From an uncultured Sutterella sp. (GTDB lineage: Bacteria; Pseudomonadota; Gammaproteobacteria; Burkholderiales; Burkholderiaceae_F), in contig URFF01000002.1 in assembly GCA_900546995.1 (NCBI GenBank), forward strand, positions 1,237 to 65,236: a DNA stretch of 64,000 nt, given 5' to 3'. Each line of letters begins with the position of its first letter. The first letter of the stretch is position 1. Below, one piece after another: positions 31,481 to 41,159 of this stretch. The notes beneath the pieces were generated by a model that saw nothing but the letters and a program-made list of their open reading frames with translations, ran no database searches and was not told the DNA's origin. A program made the translations under genes and the position numbers.

Positions 31481-33214
31481 TTAAAAATGCAGATGTAATC
31501 GCTCCATGAATGCGTTAAGCATTGCATCGTTTGGAGCCGCTTTCAACATCGGTCTGAGAATGGCCATCGTTTTTGCCGTTTGTCCTTGTGCGTGGTAAAG
31601 CTCGGCAAGATGAAGGAGAATTTCCCGATCTTTGAAGCGTTGCGCTGCTTTTTCCAAGTAGCTCTGAGCTTGAGTGTAATCACCCCGTTTGAAGTGTAGC
31701 CACCCAATTGAATCCAAGATGGCGGCATTTTCAGGGTCTAGCGATAAAGCCTTTTCCAACATGACTTGGGCTTCATCGAGTTTTGTGTTGCGCTCAACCC
31801 ACAGGTACCCGAGCGTGTTATAGAAATCGGCTCGATCGGGGTACAAATCAATGGCTTTGCGTAAAAAAGTTTCAGCCTCTTTGTACTCTTTTGCTTCAAC
31901 AGCTAAAAGTGCGCTTTGGTAAAGTAAGGCAGGATTTTCAGGCGCTTTATCCAACGCTTTTCGCATGGTTTGGTATGCGTCACGAAGTTTACCGTCCGCA
32001 TAGAGAATTTGAGCCTTTTTGTGCAATAACTCCATTTGCACTTCATCATTTTTTACGACGGTCTTATCCAGTAAGCGAATGGCTTCTTCTTGACGATTTA
32101 ATTCCACAAGGGCCTGAGCTTGTAAAAGTCTTGCCTGCGCATAGAAGTCGCTTTTTGCCGGCACCTTTGCCAACCAGTTGATCGCCGCTTCATAGTGTTT
32201 TTGGCGAAAGTCCAGAAGGCCGAGGGAAAGGTGAGTTTGAGGTAAACGGTCTGAAAGATTCTTATCCCCTTGAGCGAGTCGTTCAAAAAGAAGTAAGAGC
32301 CGTTTGGTATCGTTATCCATGCGAGCGGCATCGGTGACGCTCGCAAGAGTATACGCAAGCGAGCCTGAGCGTTCGGCAAATGGTTCTAAGATTTGCAGTT
32401 GCTTTCGAATGCCTTGTGCATTTTTTTGATGTGCGTAAGCCTTTGCCAAGGCTAATTGCGCCTGCATGTCATCGGGATGCTTTTTGACGAATTTTTCAAT
32501 TTCAGCTGTCGCTTTGGCCGGTTGCGCTTTTAAAAGAGAATCTGCGTACTCTAAAAGCGCGGCGGTATTATTGGGCATTTGCTGATACGCTTTTAGTGCG
32601 AAGGCAGCTCCTTGCTTAGTATCCCCCGTCACCCGATAAAGTTTTGCAAGGGCTAAAGCCGCTTGCTCTCGATCATTTAGTAGTAGAGCGAGAGGACGAA
32701 TAAATTCCAAGACTTTTGTAGCAGGTACTCCACTCAAATCAGTCTGTATGGTGATTGCTTGGAAAAACTGTTGCTTCTTTTCTTTGGGGGCGGATTTGAT
32801 GATCGCTTCCGCTTCTTTGCGAATTTCCGGTGTTAATTGACCGGTGCGGATAGCCGCTAGCAAATCAGCGAGCTTCGCGTCCGCGTTGCCAGGAGCCAGT
32901 TCTGTCCAAAGTTCACCGGCTTTTTGAGCGTCTGCAAAGGCGTGGACTGCATCGGCAATTTGGAACGCGCGTTGAGACAAGCGGGGATCTTTTGTGCTTG
33001 TAGCCATTTGCATATAGGTTTGGTAGGCTAACGCAGGCTCGTTGCGTTGTAGGGCAATTTCTGAAGCGATGATTTGGTACAGTAGTTGTCCTGTGAGCTC
33101 GACATTGGGTAACGCCGTATTTGCAGCCGCTAGGGTGGCGCTGCTAAAGCTCAAGCCAAATAAAAAGGCCCATTTTTTTAAGAAAAATTTCACAGTCATG
33201 GCGGTTCTAAACAA
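31481..33214 (-). CDS. Tetratricopeptide repeat protein
   Basis: Signal peptide, TPR repeats, NTLGY and DSIGW motifs; position before lolB. Confidence 0.85.
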   Translation of the reverse strand: MFRTAMTVKFFLKKWAFLFGLSFSSATLAAANTALPNVELTGQLLYQIIASEIALQRNEPALAYQTYMQMATSTKDPRLSQRAFQIADAVHAFADAQKAGELWTELAPGNADAKLADLLAAIRTGQLTPEIRKEAEAIIKSAPKEKKQQFFQAITIQTDLSGVPATKVLEFIRPLALLLNDREQAALALAKLYRVTGDTKQGAAFALKAYQQMPNNTAALLEYADSLLKAQPAKATAEIEKFVKKHPDDMQAQLALAKAYAHQKNAQGIRKQLQILEPFAERSGSLAYTLASVTDAARMDNDTKRLLLLFERLAQGDKNLSDRLPQTHLSLGLLDFRQKHYEAAINWLAKVPAKSDFYAQARLLQAQALVELNRQEEAIRLLDKTVVKNDEVQMELLHKKAQILYADGKLRDAYQTMRKALDKAPENPALLYQSALLAVEAKEYKEAETFLRKAIDLYPDRADFYNTLGYLWVERNTKLDEAQVMLEKALSLDPENAAILDSIGWLHFKRGDYTQAQSYLEKAAQRFKDREILLHLAELYHAQGQTAKTMAILRPMLKAAPNDAMLNAFMERLHLHF

Positions 33215-33263
33215 AACGTTCGCCTAATTGTACTGACAATATCGAAGGATCATCACTGAAAAA

Positions 33264-34298
33264 ATGCAAAAGGATTTTGCGGAAGCACTGATTCGTTGGC
33301 AAAAACAATTTGGGCGGCATCAACTACCCTGGCAAACAGAGGATCCCTATGCGCGTTGGCTTTCTGAGGTGATGTTGCAACAGACGCAGGTAGTCACCGT
33401 GACCACCTATTTTGAACGCTTTATAAAGCGTTTCCCGACCGTTTCTGATTTGGCTCAGGCTAGCGAAGATGAGGTGATGGCACTGTGGGCTGGATTGGGC
33501 TATTACTCCAGAGCTCGGAATTTGCATAAAGCGGCCAAACTATTGGTCAGTCAGTACGGAGGGACTTTCCCTAAAACGCGCCAAGAGTGGGAGGCTCTAC
33601 CGGGTATCGGCAGAAGTACTGCTGCGGCGATTGTCGCCTTTAGTTTCGGTCAAAAAGAAACCATATTAGACGGTAATGTGAAGCGCGTTTTGGCTCGTTA
33701 TTTTGCCATTGAGCATCCCTTGGACGGTGCGCGAGCGACCAAAGACTTGTGGGCTTTGGCTGAAGAATTGCTCCCCGATCATGATATTGGGGCTTATATT
33801 CAGGGATTGATGGATTTGGGAGCAACCGTCTGCACACGAAATCCCAGTTGTACGATCTGTCCGTTTTGCCAATCCTGCAAAGCGAATCAACTCGGGGTGC
33901 AAAATACATTACCGTTACCCAAACCGAAAAAAGTTCGTCCCGAAAAAGAGGCCACATTTTTCCTGCTATGGAAAGAGGATCGTTTTTTTGTTCAGAAACG
34001 AATGGATAAGGGGGTTTGGCAAGGACTTTATTGCCTGCCACAACTTGACGGATTAGTCGATGAGCAAAGCGCAGAGCAACTGTGGCGCCAAAAAGGCGTC
34101 GACGTGCAAAACGCTCGGGCGCTTTCACCTATCGTCCATGATTTTTCTCACTATCGGTTACATCTTTATCCCATCGCGCTAAAACTCAAAAACGACGTTT
34201 CAGAGTTGCACGGGCTTTGGGTCAAAGCTTCGGACATGCAACGCGTGGCGTTGCCGATGCCGATAGAAGTGTTAGTTAAAACCTTTTTCTTTGGTTAG
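33264..34298 (+). CDS. mutY: A/G-specific adenine glycosylase
   Basis: SEVMLQQTQV, GLGYYSRARN, DGNVKRV, Cys cluster. Confidence 0.95.
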   Translation: MQKDFAEALIRWQKQFGRHQLPWQTEDPYARWLSEVMLQQTQVVTVTTYFERFIKRFPTVSDLAQASEDEVMALWAGLGYYSRARNLHKAAKLLVSQYGGTFPKTRQEWEALPGIGRSTAAAIVAFSFGQKETILDGNVKRVLARYFAIEHPLDGARATKDLWALAEELLPDHDIGAYIQGLMDLGATVCTRNPSCTICPFCQSCKANQLGVQNTLPLPKPKKVRPEKEATFFLLWKEDRFFVQKRMDKGVWQGLYCLPQLDGLVDEQSAEQLWRQKGVDVQNARALSPIVHDFSHYRLHLYPIALKLKNDVSELHGLWVKASDMQRVALPMPIEVLVKTFFFG

Positions 34299-35191
34299 GC
34301 GCTTTGAGTCAACCCTTTGGCAGGCTCCTTCCGTTGCCCAATGATACGGTGACGCAACAAGACAAAGGGGAATTGCTCAGAGAAACGCTTGGCCAAAGTT
34401 TCCGCGACATAGACCGAGCGATGCTGTCCACCGGTGCAACCAATCGCAATGGTTAGATATTGTCGGTTGGTAGCTTGGTAACTTGGAAGCCATTTGGTGA
34501 TGAAGTTGGCAATATCGTCGACCATTTCCTGAACAACGAGTTGCTGCTGCATGTACTCAATAATCGGTTTATCCCGACCAGTGTAAGGTCTCAAAGTCGG
34601 ATCATAGTAAGGATTGGGAAGGTTTCTAACATCAAAAACCAAATCAGCGGCGATTGGAATCCCATGCTTGTAGCCGAACGATTCAAACGTCAGGTTAAGG
34701 TTACTGTGCGGTGCGTCGGCAAATGTTTTGACCCAAGTGCGCAGAGTGTTGCTTTGTAAGCCAGTGGTGTCCAGAACATGAGCTGTCAGGCTAAACGGCT
34801 CCATAATTTCACGCTCTCGCGCGATCACCTCTGAAAGACTTAATGTTTTCCCAGCGGCTTCCAGGCGCAGCGTTAGAGGGTGGCGACGGCGAGTTTCCGA
34901 GAAACGTTGAACAAGCTCCGGCGTGGAGGCTGTCAGAAAAAGAATGCGGACATCCCAATTTTGTTTGCGAAGTTCCTCCAGGAGCGCATTGGGTTGATCA
35001 ATGTCGGAAAAGCTGCTGCGAGCATCCACTGCGAAAGCAACATAGTCTTGAGTTTTTGATAAGTCTTTCGCGACGGGAATGATAAAGGACAGCGGCAAGT
35101 TATCAATGCAGTAGTAGCCGATATCTTCAAGTTGCCGAATCGCAACCGATTTTCCGGATCCAGATAAGCCGGTGACAATAATCAATCGCAT
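34295..35191 (-). CDS. rapZ: RNase adapter RapZ
   Basis: [26 protein letters not shown]. Confidence 0.95.
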   Translation of the reverse strand: MRLIIVTGLSGSGKSVAIRQLEDIGYYCIDNLPLSFIIPVAKDLSKTQDYVAFAVDARSSFSDIDQPNALLEELRKQNWDVRILFLTASTPELVQRFSETRRRHPLTLRLEAAGKTLSLSEVIAREREIMEPFSLTAHVLDTTGLQSNTLRTWVKTFADAPHSNLNLTFESFGYKHGIPIAADLVFDVRNLPNPYYDPTLRPYTGRDKPIIEYMQQQLVVQEMVDDIANFITKWLPSYQATNRQYLTIAIGCTGGQHRSVYVAETLAKRFSEQFPFVLLRHRIIGQRKEPAKGLTQSA

Positions 35192-35298
35192 GAGAGACTC
35201 CTTCGCTTGTGGCCTTAAGGCAAAACCATTGTACTGAAAAAGGTTTCACCTGATTGACTTTTTGGGGGCTTTTTGCGAGTGCGGGAGCTACCAGGGCA

Positions 35299-35925
35299 TT
35301 AGCTTCGGTGCACGCTTTCAGTTTCGACGGCTGCCACAGCAGGAATATCGGTTTCTTCAACAGCTTCTTCGTGCTCAGCCTCGGCCTCGACTTCTTCGTT
35401 TAACTGCTCCCATTCTTGAGACAATTTCTCATCCTGGGATTCAATGACCAAGGAGTTAGGTGGAACCCAATTCATGACACAAGCGCAAACTTCCACGGGA
35501 TTTTCCGAACGCCTTAACCGATTACAAAACTGTCGGTCTTCGAGCATGGTGATGCTTTCTCGCAGCAAATCCAGATAATCTTCGTCATTTCCGGTTTCTG
35601 GAACAACGAGGAAAAAGAAGATATCGACCGGTTTGGTATCAATTGGAATGGGGTCAATTGGAATGGGACGATGCAGTAAGACAATGGCCGCCATGGGGCG
35701 TTCAATACCTTCCAGACGGCAGTGCGGAAGACAAACACCGCCGCCCAAAGAGTTATTCCCTAATCGCTCACGGGCAAAAAGCGCATCAAACACCGTTGTG
35801 TGAGGGACGCCGGACATCTGAAAAACGAGACTCGCTTCTTCGAAAGCACGCTTTTTTGTGGTGTGCTGCATCGAAGATAGAAAAATCACATTCGATGACG
35901 GAAGGTATTGATAGATTTGATTCAT
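35299..35925 (-). CDS. ptsN: PTS EIIA (nitrogen-type) protein with acidic C-terminal extension
   Basis: ARERLG..LG.GV..PHCR motif; lies between lptB and rapZ. Confidence 0.8.
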   Translation of the reverse strand: MNQIYQYLPSSNVIFLSSMQHTTKKRAFEEASLVFQMSGVPHTTVFDALFARERLGNNSLGGGVCLPHCRLEGIERPMAAIVLLHRPIPIDPIPIDTKPVDIFFFLVVPETGNDEDYLDLLRESITMLEDRQFCNRLRRSENPVEVCACVMNWVPPNSLVIESQDEKLSQEWEQLNEEVEAEAEHEEAVEETDIPAVAAVETESVHRS

Positions 35926-35929
35926 AAAC

Positions 35930-36754
35930 TTACATACGGAACGTAGTTCCTAAATAAGCTCGCCGTACGTCTTCGTTTTGCACAATATCATTCGGGTGGC
36001 CGCTTGCCAGCACGCCGCCGTCACAAATGATATAAGCGTGATCACAGATGCCTAAAGTTTCGCGGACATTGTGGTCCGTGATCAATACCCCGATGCCACG
36101 ATTTTTTAAGAAGCGGATAATGCGTTGAATTTCGATCACTGCAATGGGGTCCACACCAGCAAATGGTTCGTCAAGCAAAATAAACTTTGGTTCAGCTGCA
36201 AGTGCGCGAGCAATTTCTGTTCTGCGGCGTTCACCACCGGATAGGCTCATGGCGGTATTGGTGCGAAGTCGAGCAATCTGCAACTCATCGAGCAAATCAT
36301 CCAGTTTTTGATCAATGACACTAGATGAGTAGGCTTTGCCATTTTCATCGGTTTGCAATTCCAAAATGGCTCGAATGTTTTCTTCAACGGTCATTCGGCG
36401 GAAAACCGAGGCTTCCTGCGGAAGGTAAGAGACACCCAAACGCGACCGTTTGTAGATTGGAAGATGGGCAATGGACTGACCGTTAAGTTCAATCGTGCCG
36501 CCATCGGCCACGATGAGTCCAACAACCATGTTAAACGTAGTCGTTTTACCGGCGCCGTTTGGTCCGAGAAGCCCGACAACTTCCCCGCTTTTGACAGACA
36601 AGGACACATCTTGAACGACCCAGCGGCTACCGTAACGTTTTTTCAGGCCCTTAGCCTCCAGCGTGTACGTCGGCTGGAGTGGTTTTTGAGCAGCCGCTTC
36701 CAGCGGATCTGTATTCGAATGAGTTTGAGGCTTCTGTTGAGTGGTATTTGTCAC
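35930..36754 (-). CDS. lptB: LPS export ABC ATPase
   Basis: [33 protein letters not shown]. Confidence 0.95.
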   Translation of the reverse strand: MTNTTQQKPQTHSNTDPLEAAAQKPLQPTYTLEAKGLKKRYGSRWVVQDVSLSVKSGEVVGLLGPNGAGKTTTFNMVVGLIVADGGTIELNGQSIAHLPIYKRSRLGVSYLPQEASVFRRMTVEENIRAILELQTDENGKAYSSSVIDQKLDDLLDELQIARLRTNTAMSLSGGERRRTEIARALAAEPKFILLDEPFAGVDPIAVIEIQRIIRFLKNRGIGVLITDHNVRETLGICDHAYIICDGGVLASGHPNDIVQNEDVRRAYLGTTFRM

Positions 36755-36768
36755 AATACAGTCCTTTT

Positions 36769-37350
36769 TTAGCGAGACGAAACACTGGTACTCGATTTTA
36801 GCTGTGCTGAATTTTGTCCATTTTTGTTGTTCGCTTGCTGCTTATTTCGAGGAGCGATCACAGTTCGAGCACGACCGTCTTGATTGCCTTGGATAATTGT
36901 ACGTGATCGCAGCGTATCGTAAATAATCTTTGAGCCTTCGGCTCGATCTTTGACGATACCGTTTTCACTACGTTCAACGAGCGCGTTGCCGGTAAGAGTA
37001 ATTACGCCGGTTTGCTCTTCGTAAACAATCTTTTGAGCATGACCGGAGATCCATTCCTCAACACCTCGAACCTTGGGATCTCGCTTTTGTCTAAATGTGG
37101 CTTGATTGCCGGTTAGTGTTCCAACATGGTATCCCTTGGCCGTTTCGACGAGTTCCAGACGGTTCCCCGTCAGTCTCATGCTACCTTGATCGACCCGAAC
37201 ACTACCGGTATAAGTGGCCGTTTGCTTAATTTCGTCACCCAGAAAATGATCGGCCTGTATCCGAATGGGTTGGTTTCGATCGCTCGAGAGTGCATAGGCC
37301 AGATTGCTCGTTAGTGCTAAAGTCAAGGCAATTACCGTGAGTTTTTTCAT
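36769..37350 (-). CDS. lptA: LPS export periplasmic protein
   Basis: Signal peptide, [12 protein letters not shown], OstA-like; synteny. Confidence 0.9.
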   Translation of the reverse strand: MKKLTVIALTLALTSNLAYALSSDRNQPIRIQADHFLGDEIKQTATYTGSVRVDQGSMRLTGNRLELVETAKGYHVGTLTGNQATFRQKRDPKVRGVEEWISGHAQKIVYEEQTGVITLTGNALVERSENGIVKDRAEGSKIIYDTLRSRTIIQGNQDGRARTVIAPRNKQQANNKNGQNSAQLKSSTSVSSR

Positions 37351-37373
37351 AATGGTTTCCATGGAATTAATGA

Positions 37374-37988
37374 CTAACGAGTCGTTGACGGCAATAAACG
37401 TTGGTTGTTATTGCGAGGTTGCAAGACCGTAGTGACTTGATTCTTTAATTCGACGGTTCTCTCCATATTGTCAAAAACCATCCCTTGACCCTGCGCGGTA
37501 TCGCGGCCGCTGGTAATTAAAACATCATCGTCTGTTTCAAACCGATTGGTATCGGTGTACACGGTCATGGATTGGGTTTCCAATCGTGTGGTTGGGGTAT
37601 TGCCGGTCGCTACACGTGTAATGACCACATCCCCTTTAAAAATAAACGTCGCACCGCCGTCGTCGCTTCGACCGGTCAAGGCCTGTGCATGAGTGACTGG
37701 TTTATTAGGTGAAACGGTAACGGCTTCGGGTTCAATCATGGTCATACGGTCATCGGAGTAATGACGAAGTTCCTTGGCTTTGAGTTTTGAGTCTGCGACT
37801 CCATTCTGATCAAAGGAGATCAGAGTTGCTCCACCGGCGATAAAGTCAGGCGACTCTTCACTGGGAAGGTAGCGCAAATTGCTATAGGTGGACTGCATCG
37901 CATACCAATAACTTGCTGCGATAAGAATGAGCAACAAGATAATGGCAATTATGGCAGTAATACGCTCACGCATGGTCGTTTCTCTCAA
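37374..37988 (-). CDS. lptC: LPS export protein LptC
   Basis: Single TM, PDF motif, synteny. Confidence 0.85.
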   Translation of the reverse strand: MRETTMRERITAIIAIILLLILIAASYWYAMQSTYSNLRYLPSEESPDFIAGGATLISFDQNGVADSKLKAKELRHYSDDRMTMIEPEAVTVSPNKPVTHAQALTGRSDDGGATFIFKGDVVITRVATGNTPTTRLETQSMTVYTDTNRFETDDDVLITSGRDTAQGQGMVFDNMERTVELKNQVTTVLQPRNNNQRLLPSTTR

Positions 37989-38548
37989 TAGTGATGTTTG
38001 GCCTGCGGATCAGGGTTCATGAACATCGAGTGCAATGTCTCTTGCCACAGTCCCTGAGTCTTTAAAATCAATTCACAAAGCTCTCGGACGGCACCGTCAC
38101 CGCCGTTGAATCGGCTCTGAAAATGAGCAAGCTCAACGATTGACTCATTGGCATCTTTGGGACAGGCCGCTAGTCCTACCTTCTGTATGACCGCATAGTC
38201 AGGCAGATCGTCTCCGATGTAGGCGATTTCTTCGGGTTGGAGTCCAGTTTTCTCCAGCAAGACTCCCAATCCTTTGACCTTGTCACGCTGCCCCTGTAAG
38301 ACATTGGTGATTCCCAGTTCGGCCGTTCGCTTTTGCAAAATCTGCGAGGAACGCGCAGTTAGGATGGCAACATCAATACCGTTGGCAAGAAGCATTTTGA
38401 TGCCCAAGCCGTCTTTAACGTTGAACGCTTTAAAGAGTTCGCCGTCATTTCCGATGTAAATTTTGCCGTCGGTGAGCACACCGTCAACATCGCAGATCAA
38501 TAGTTTTATTTTACGAACGCGCTCAATTAAGGTCATACGTTTCCTCAA
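37985..38548 (-). CDS. kdsC: KDO 8-phosphate phosphatase
   Basis: DVDGVLTDG, GDDLPD, GGDGAVRE. Confidence 0.92.
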   Translation of the reverse strand: MRKRMTLIERVRKIKLLICDVDGVLTDGKIYIGNDGELFKAFNVKDGLGIKMLLANGIDVAILTARSSQILQKRTAELGITNVLQGQRDKVKGLGVLLEKTGLQPEEIAYIGDDLPDYAVIQKVGLAACPKDANESIVELAHFQSRFNGGDGAVRELCELILKTQGLWQETLHSMFMNPDPQAKHHY

Positions 38549-39531
38549 ATCACTTTGGCGGTCATCAGATCGTGCAAGTGCAAAGCACCGATTAAATGGT
38601 TATCAGAGTCTACGACCAAAAGCTGATTGCAAAGGGCCATATCAAGTATGTGCGCAGCCTCTGCCGCCAATGCACCCTCTGAAATGGTTTTCGGCGTCGG
38701 CGTCATGACTTCTGCGATGCCGATAGAGCGAATGTCGCCTCGTTTTTCAATAAGACGGCGCAAATCACCTTCGGTGAAAATGCCGACCACTTGATTGTTC
38801 TTATTGACAACCGCAGTCATGCCGATATGCTTTTTCGTAATTTCTCGTACAGCATCCAAGACCGTGACAGAGTCTTCAACGCTTGGGACAGCCTCGCCGG
38901 TCCGCATAACGTCTTTAACATGAATCAAGAGACGGCGTCCCAAAGCGCCACCCGGATGAGAGTGTGCGAAGTCTTCGGCGTTAAAGCCCTTTGCATCTAA
39001 GCATGCAACAGCCAACGCATCCCCCATGGCAAGCGTCGCGGTTGTACTGGTTGTCGGAGCAAGTCCTAGAGGACACGCTTCTTGACGCACACCGATGTCC
39101 AAATGAATGTCTGCGTAATGAGCCAATGTGCTATCCGGGGCGGATGTCATCGCAATAAGGGGGGTGCCTTCGCGTTTAAGAAGCGGCACGATGGTCAATA
39201 GCTCAGAGGTCGTCCCAGAATTGGAAATGGCAATGACGACGTCGTCTTTGGTGATCATGCCGAGGTCGCCATGAGCCGCTTCAGCAGCATGAACAAAAAA
39301 TGCCGGCGTTCCGGTGGATGCCAGGGTGGCAGCCAATTTGCGTCCGACGTGGCCGCTTTTGCCGACGCCCGAAACAACGACACGGCCTTTGCAGTTTAAT
39401 AGACACTGGACGGCTCGTAAAAATGAGTCATCCAAATGATTGGCAAGGTACTCAATGGCTTGAGCTTCTTTTTCCAATACGGTGCGCGCAAGCGTGATCG
39501 TAGAGTGGTTGGTGTGCGCGTGTTCAATCAT
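38545..39531 (-). CDS. kdsD: Arabinose 5-phosphate isomerase (KpsF/GutQ)
   Basis: GVGKSGH, EAAHGDLG, APTTSTTA, CBS pair. Confidence 0.92.
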   Translation of the reverse strand: MIEHAHTNHSTITLARTVLEKEAQAIEYLANHLDDSFLRAVQCLLNCKGRVVVSGVGKSGHVGRKLAATLASTGTPAFFVHAAEAAHGDLGMITKDDVVIAISNSGTTSELLTIVPLLKREGTPLIAMTSAPDSTLAHYADIHLDIGVRQEACPLGLAPTTSTTATLAMGDALAVACLDAKGFNAEDFAHSHPGGALGRRLLIHVKDVMRTGEAVPSVEDSVTVLDAVREITKKHIGMTAVVNKNNQVVGIFTEGDLRRLIEKRGDIRSIGIAEVMTPTPKTISEGALAAEAAHILDMALCNQLLVVDSDNHLIGALHLHDLMTAKVI

Positions 39532-39633
39532 ATAAAACCTTCAAAATTATCATACGGTCATCATACCATTGCATGGCAACAAGTCTGCATCATCACTGCC
39601 TTAAATGTATGACAAATCATGTCAAAGACGTCA

Positions 39634-40371
39634 CTAGTGGTTGAGAATTTTTGACAGAAACTGCACCGCGCGGTCTGAGCGGGGATTTGTGAAAAATTCT
39701 TGCGTTGGAGCATCTTCTAAGATTTCACCGTTTTCCATGAAAAGAACTCTGTCAGCGACTCGTCTGGCAAAGCCCATTTCGTGGGTGACAACGATCATCG
39801 TCATGCCGTCATGAGCAAGTTCCACCATCACATCGAGCACTTCATTGATCATTTCTGGGTCCAGTGCCGAGGTGGGCTCATCAAACAGCATGCAGACCGG
39901 ATCCATTGCCAGGGCTCGGGCGATTGCAACACGTTGCTGTTGGCCGCCGGAAAGCTGAGCAGGGAACTTATCAGCGTGACTGGATAAATGAACACGCTTT
40001 AAAAGAGACAAGCCGCGTTCGGTAGCCTCAGAGCGCGAGCGTCCCAAAACTTTCATTTGCGCAAGCGTTAAATTGTCGATAATGCTCAGGTGCGGGAAAA
40101 GTTCAAAATGTTGAAAAACCATTCCAATATGGGTGCGAAGCCGGGGAAGATCAGTCTTGGGGTCTCCCACGTTAATTCCATTGACAAGAATTTCACCCTC
40201 TTGGAAAGGCTCCAGACCATTAACCGTTTTGATTAAAGTTGACTTACCGGAACCCGACGGACCGCAGACCACAACAACCTCACCTTTGTTGACGGTGGCA
40301 GAACAATTTTTGAGTACTTGAAACGTTTCGCTATACCACTTACTGACATTTTTAATTTCGATCATTGCCAT
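39634..40371 (-). CDS. Polar amino acid ABC transporter ATPase (GltL-like)
   Basis: [30 protein letters not shown]. Confidence 0.85.
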   Translation of the reverse strand: MAMIEIKNVSKWYSETFQVLKNCSATVNKGEVVVVCGPSGSGKSTLIKTVNGLEPFQEGEILVNGINVGDPKTDLPRLRTHIGMVFQHFELFPHLSIIDNLTLAQMKVLGRSRSEATERGLSLLKRVHLSSHADKFPAQLSGGQQQRVAIARALAMDPVCMLFDEPTSALDPEMINEVLDVMVELAHDGMTMIVVTHEMGFARRVADRVLFMENGEILEDAPTQEFFTNPRSDRAVQFLSKILNH

Positions 40372-40401
40372 GACGCAGACGTCCTTTGAAGGGGTCGGTT
40401 A

Positions 40402-41157
40402 TTAGGAAAAATTGGGTTTACGTCCTTCGGTGAAGGCTTGAAAGGCTTCGCGAACCTCCTCACTTTGAAGACGTTCTTTGAGGACCTCTTTTTCCAAGTT
40501 CGTGGCTGCACGCAATGCATGAGCCTGGGCGTGGCGTAGCAAGTGTTTGGTGGCACGCAGACTGCCTAAAGGCATTTGGCTTAAACGAGCTGCCCGTTTG
40601 AGTACTTCTGCGACGAGGTTTTCGTCTTTGAAAACGCCGTTCACAATCCCCATCTCCAGCGCTTCCTTTGCGGAAATCGGTTCACTTAGGAAGAACTTTT
40701 CACTTGCTTTGTGATACCCCGCTTTTGACACAACGGTGTACGACAAACCATATTCAGGGGTAAGCCCCAACGCCGTAAAGGGAATTGAAAAGAGTGCTTT
40801 TTCGCCACAGTAGACTAAGTCGCAGTAACTTAGGAGTGCAACACCAAGCCCAACGCAGGGGCCTAACACCGCCGCGATGAGCGGCTTATCAAAAGCAATC
40901 AACGCTTCAATTAAGGCATCATAAGCTGCAGAAGTTGCCTCGGTGCGATGAAGTGTTTCCTGCAAATCAGCGCCGGCGCAAAAAATAGCATCATCACCGC
41001 GCAAAATGACACAATGAACATCCGGATTACGTTGAGCTTCAGCCAGAGCTTCGATCATTTGTACACAGGTTTCCGAAGACAGTGTATTTCGGTTTTGCGT
41101 ACGCGTGATCGCGATTTGATAGACATTTTTCTCAAAAGTGATGGATAAATCAGACAT
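40402..41157 (-). CDS. Enoyl-CoA hydratase/isomerase family protein
   Basis: FCAGADL, KPLIAAV.G, LGLTPE. Confidence 0.85.
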   Translation of the reverse strand: MSDLSITFEKNVYQIAITRTQNRNTLSSETCVQMIEALAEAQRNPDVHCVILRGDDAIFCAGADLQETLHRTEATSAAYDALIEALIAFDKPLIAAVLGPCVGLGVALLSYCDLVYCGEKALFSIPFTALGLTPEYGLSYTVVSKAGYHKASEKFFLSEPISAKEALEMGIVNGVFKDENLVAEVLKRAARLSQMPLGSLRATKHLLRHAQAHALRAATNLEKEVLKERLQSEEVREAFQAFTEGRKPNFS

Positions 41158-41159
41158 GA

